DNA of 64,000 nt from Lama guanicoe. Taxonomy: Eukaryota. The stretch spans positions 5,637,967 through 5,701,966 of the forward strand of contig MU057353.1 of assembly GCA_013239625.1 (NCBI GenBank), in the 5' to 3' direction. Position numbers and translations under genes: made by a program. Shown here piece by piece: positions 60,464 through 64,000 of the stretch (the stretch's first letter is position 1; each line of letters starts with the position of its first letter). The notes below the pieces were generated by a model that saw nothing but the letters and a program-made list of their open reading frames with translations, made no database searches and was not told the origin of the DNA.

Positions 60464-63400
60464 GAGCAAATGACCAAATCCTACACATATTTGATCACAG
60501 AAATTTTCTTCATCCAAATCCCAATTCGTAACCTATGTGCTTTAATAGACAAATTAAAATAATAGGCAGATCCTACTTGAAAAGCAAAGATAATACTTTT
60601 AAACTGTTCTTTTTTTTTAGCTTTATGTAAGATTTATGGAAGATATATATTACCCAAAAAAAAAATCAAATAGGAAAGTGATAGGATTTTTAAATTTGTA
60701 TTGTATTTGTTTTCCTTACACATGGACTTTAATACTCACTTCTCATTCAACCTGCCTTTAATGATCTGTCTTGTGATTATGAGATAGAAAATCCATTTGA
60801 AGGCATGATACCCAGAGTTGAGGCAAAACTATAACCAAATATTAGAACTACAATCACAAATTAAATGGACTTTAAATTGTATACATCTTATCATGTTCTT
60901 GTCTTAAACTCTTAGTGAGGTCACGTGTCCATGAACTGAAAATGAAAACCCGTATTTGACCACTAAGTTCAGGATCTGACATCAGCAATCCTTACTTCAT
61001 AATTGTCCCAATTTGCTCATTTTATTTGGTACTTTAGTATCATTAAGCAACTCAATGAAACAGAAGTACTATAAACAAATTTTGTAGATTTTCTCTACTT
61101 TCAATTTTTTCCTACTTTCTCAATTTAATAAAACTGTCTTCATCCTTCCGCTGGATTGATACGACCTAAATGTATCATTTGCCATTAACAGTATTTTTAA
61201 GGCAAGGCATTCTGAGAGATTTTAAGGAAAGCAGAGTCTATGGAAGAGTCTAAGGTTCACTTTTAGCTTAACCACTTTGTGAATCGGAACAAAATCACTT
61301 TAATTCTTCAACCAATGGCTTCATCATCTGTAAAATAGGACAATTAAACCTTTCTCATGAGGTTATTGTAATTACAGGTCATCAGTGTGAAAATCTGAAC
61401 AGAGTTCCTGACTCATAGCAGATCCCTGAGAACAGCTGCATCTGGAGAAGTGGTCATTTTTTAAATTTTATTCACCATGATTTCTGCAGTCAAAATGTTT
61501 AGAAGGCAGGTTTCATTCATCCTTTTGAAGACTCAGTTAAAGGAATCAACAGAGGAATCAAAGGATATTTCATTCACTTTTCAAAATAAGATACTGTGAG
61601 GATTTCCCACATGGTTTAGAAATAATCTTCACCAGAGAATAGTGGGATAATCGAGTCCTAAATAGTAGAGTGATTGCAAAACAGCATTATTCATTCTCAG
61701 GACAATTCCAGAGCACCAGCCTGGAGAAGGCCATACTCCCATTACTAAGAGTTTTAAGACTTCGCTTATTTTAAAAGCATTCAATCAGCACAACCTCCCT
61801 TTCCACTAGTGATTTCTAATCACCAGCCTCTCCTGACTGACTGTAATGTAACGCAGTTCTCATTACACTGCTCTCTCGCACCCAGCTCGCTGCCCAGCCT
61901 TCCCCAACCACTTAGTTCAGATGAGAAATAGACCACCTCTATTTCACTGACCTTCAGAGATCAGAAAACAAACCCAATTCCAGTCTACACAGAACATCAA
62001 ATCACTACATGATACAATTTATCAAAAGACTACGTGCAGTTAAATAGTGAGTTTGGATCAAACTCACTTTTTAAATGGCTGTTATAACACTTGCATGAGA
62101 GTATTCAAAGTCTTACTCGATTTTTTTTAAAGAGCTAGAACCTCTGAGCTACATCCCCAGATGGTTTGGGGCAATCACCACCTGGTATAAGCGGAGCTAT
62201 TTGAACATCTCCATTACGGAATCCGTTTGCTGCCTGTAGGCGTCTATACACAGCACTTTCAATTAGGGAACCTGGCCTATGCTTGAAATGCCCCCACAGG
62301 ACATGATCTAATTTTAAACTCCAATCTTCATTAGTGCACCACAGTCTCAACCCTATCTCCTACCTAATTTAATTCTGTTCATCTCTCTTCTCGTCTGACC
62401 TCTATAAAACTACCTTAAAGGCTTTTCACACTCTTGGAAGTATCTTGCCTGGATGAGCATCACGGAGGAGTCCAGTCAGCAAGCTAGAGGACAAGGTGGC
62501 AGAATTCTGGGCTATTTCTCCAACAAGTCACAGACTGCCACGCCTCCAGCCTTTGGGTCACCATTTCTCTACCTGATCGGCCTTTCTTTCCCTCTTCCAC
62601 TGGAAAACTTCAACTTAACCTTTCCACTCCAAGCCATCTCTGACTTCACCACAGCCATGGTCTCTGTGGGTTTGTTTTTTTTAAATCCCTCACCAGAGAA
62701 AAAAATCCTTCAAGGGCAGACTTATCTTTTTCTCTCTCCTGCACTTTGCCCACTAGAAATAGGGGGAGCTGCCACGCTGAGGAAGGATTTGCTTAAATTT
62801 TAGAAATACACTGTGAATCATGAAGTAAATATAAATATGCAACCCCATTGGCTAATGCTTTTCACTTTCATCTGCCAGTCGCCTTCATCCCCCACTCTGG
62901 GAGACAGTATGCAGCGCTACTGGGATGCTTCTACCATCCATCCTTTCATCTTAGGTTCCATGCTCCCAAAGTCTTCCTTACTTGACTGTTCTCTCTCCTT
63001 GGTCCTTGGTCATTTCACTGACTGATGGTTTTTGAGTTAGATCGATTTCAGAGTCCAGCTCTGCTCTTAACTAGCCATGTGACCACAGAAAACCCACTAA
63101 CTAGCGCCTTTGCTTTTCACTGACCATCCAAATATGACCCTTAGCACACTGATCTATCACTGCCATTGTAACGTCCTCCAAAACGTGGATATACTGACGT
63201 CCCCAACACCTAGCACAATCTCTGGTCCAGGGAGGCCATCAGTCAAGGGTTATTAAATAAGTGAATTCCCTACAGCATTTCAAAGCATCTAGCACAGGGC
63301 CTTGCATACAGGATACCCCCCAACCCAGATCACGTCTTTGAGCTCCAAACACATATATTCAACTTTACTCTTGACCTCAACACCTACAGGTCTTAAAGGC

Positions 63401-63862
63401 TCCTCAAACTCAACAGTGGACACCAAACTATAATATTCCCCACTCTGTCTATCCAAGTTTCAGGAGTTAGAGGCGGCCCCTTAGAAAGAGATGATTAGAA
63501 AGACTATTTACAAATACTGTATTCAGGGTTATTAAAAAAAAAAAAACAAAAACAAGGGATCGTGAAACACCCCAAAACAGCAATAGTGAGAACATGGTGC
63601 CACTCTTACGCCTTAAAGGGGCAGGAGAAAAAGCCGTAGCTGTTACCTTTAGAGAACTAACCTTAAGAGTGAACTACCCTATAATAGCAGTGGTTCTAGG
63701 GTAGGGCTTAAGTCACTAATAAACTGTGGACATCACTTGCCAGAGTCTCTCTTCGGCCAAAAGCAACCAGAAGACAGACAGCAGGGACACCGAGTTGATA
63801 CAGTCTATAAAGCTCAGTTCCCCGGGGCAGAACACAGAATGAAGAAACCTAAAAGCTCAATC

Positions 63863-63978
63863 GGGGGAGGGTGTAGCTCAGTGGCAGAGCACATGCCTAG
63901 CGTGCATGAGGTCCTGGGTTCAGTCCCGGTACCTCTATTAAAATAAATAGACCTAATTACCTCCCTTCCCCCAAAAAA
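63863..63978 (+). mobile_element. tRNA-Ala-derived SINE (camelid vic-1-like), long-tail form
   Basis: gggggagggtgtagctcagtggcagagcacatgcctagcgtgcatgaggtcctgggttcagtcccggtacctc plus tail acctaattacctccc and an A run; TSD AAAAGCTCAATC (63851-63862) / AAAAACTCAGTC (63974-63985). Confidence 0.88.
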
Positions 63979-64000
63979 CTCAGTCAGGAAATGGAAAATG

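Noticed and set aside
63863-63935. tRNA-Ala gene (also 15809-15888)
   Set aside because: Extra 5' G-rich leader, mismatched stems, A-rich tail and TSDs mark both as SINEs.

Overview
AT-rich, repeat-dense mammalian genomic DNA, either intronic or intergenic, with five assembly gaps. The tRNA-Ala-derived SINEs and the young L1 3' ends point to a camelid (inference). No intact protein-coding gene, RNA gene or CRISPR array is supported. The only clearly protein-derived sequence is a 5'-truncated, disabled processed pseudogene of beta-actin (ACTB, 6784-8340) with the full 3'UTR, a poly(A) tail and 15-bp target-site duplications (TSDs). The rest is layered L1, L2, MIR, MaLR and ERV1 LTR, Tigger and hAT MITE, and SINE sequence. 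I see no evidence of a new multi-gene system. The unusual signal is a cluster of local copying and rearrangement scars: a mosaic duplication at 46.8-47.4 kb built from two nearby donors, two L1 copies that share frameshifting deletions (one of them twin-primed), an L1 with an ~85-bp TSD and a hairpin micro-inversion, and a 30-bp templated insertion. There are also a few unverified exon and microexon candidates and one unexplained ~650-bp segment. Repeat family names and percent identities come from by-eye comparison with remembered consensus sequences, and most repeat boundaries are approximate. RepeatMasker/Dfam should confirm them.
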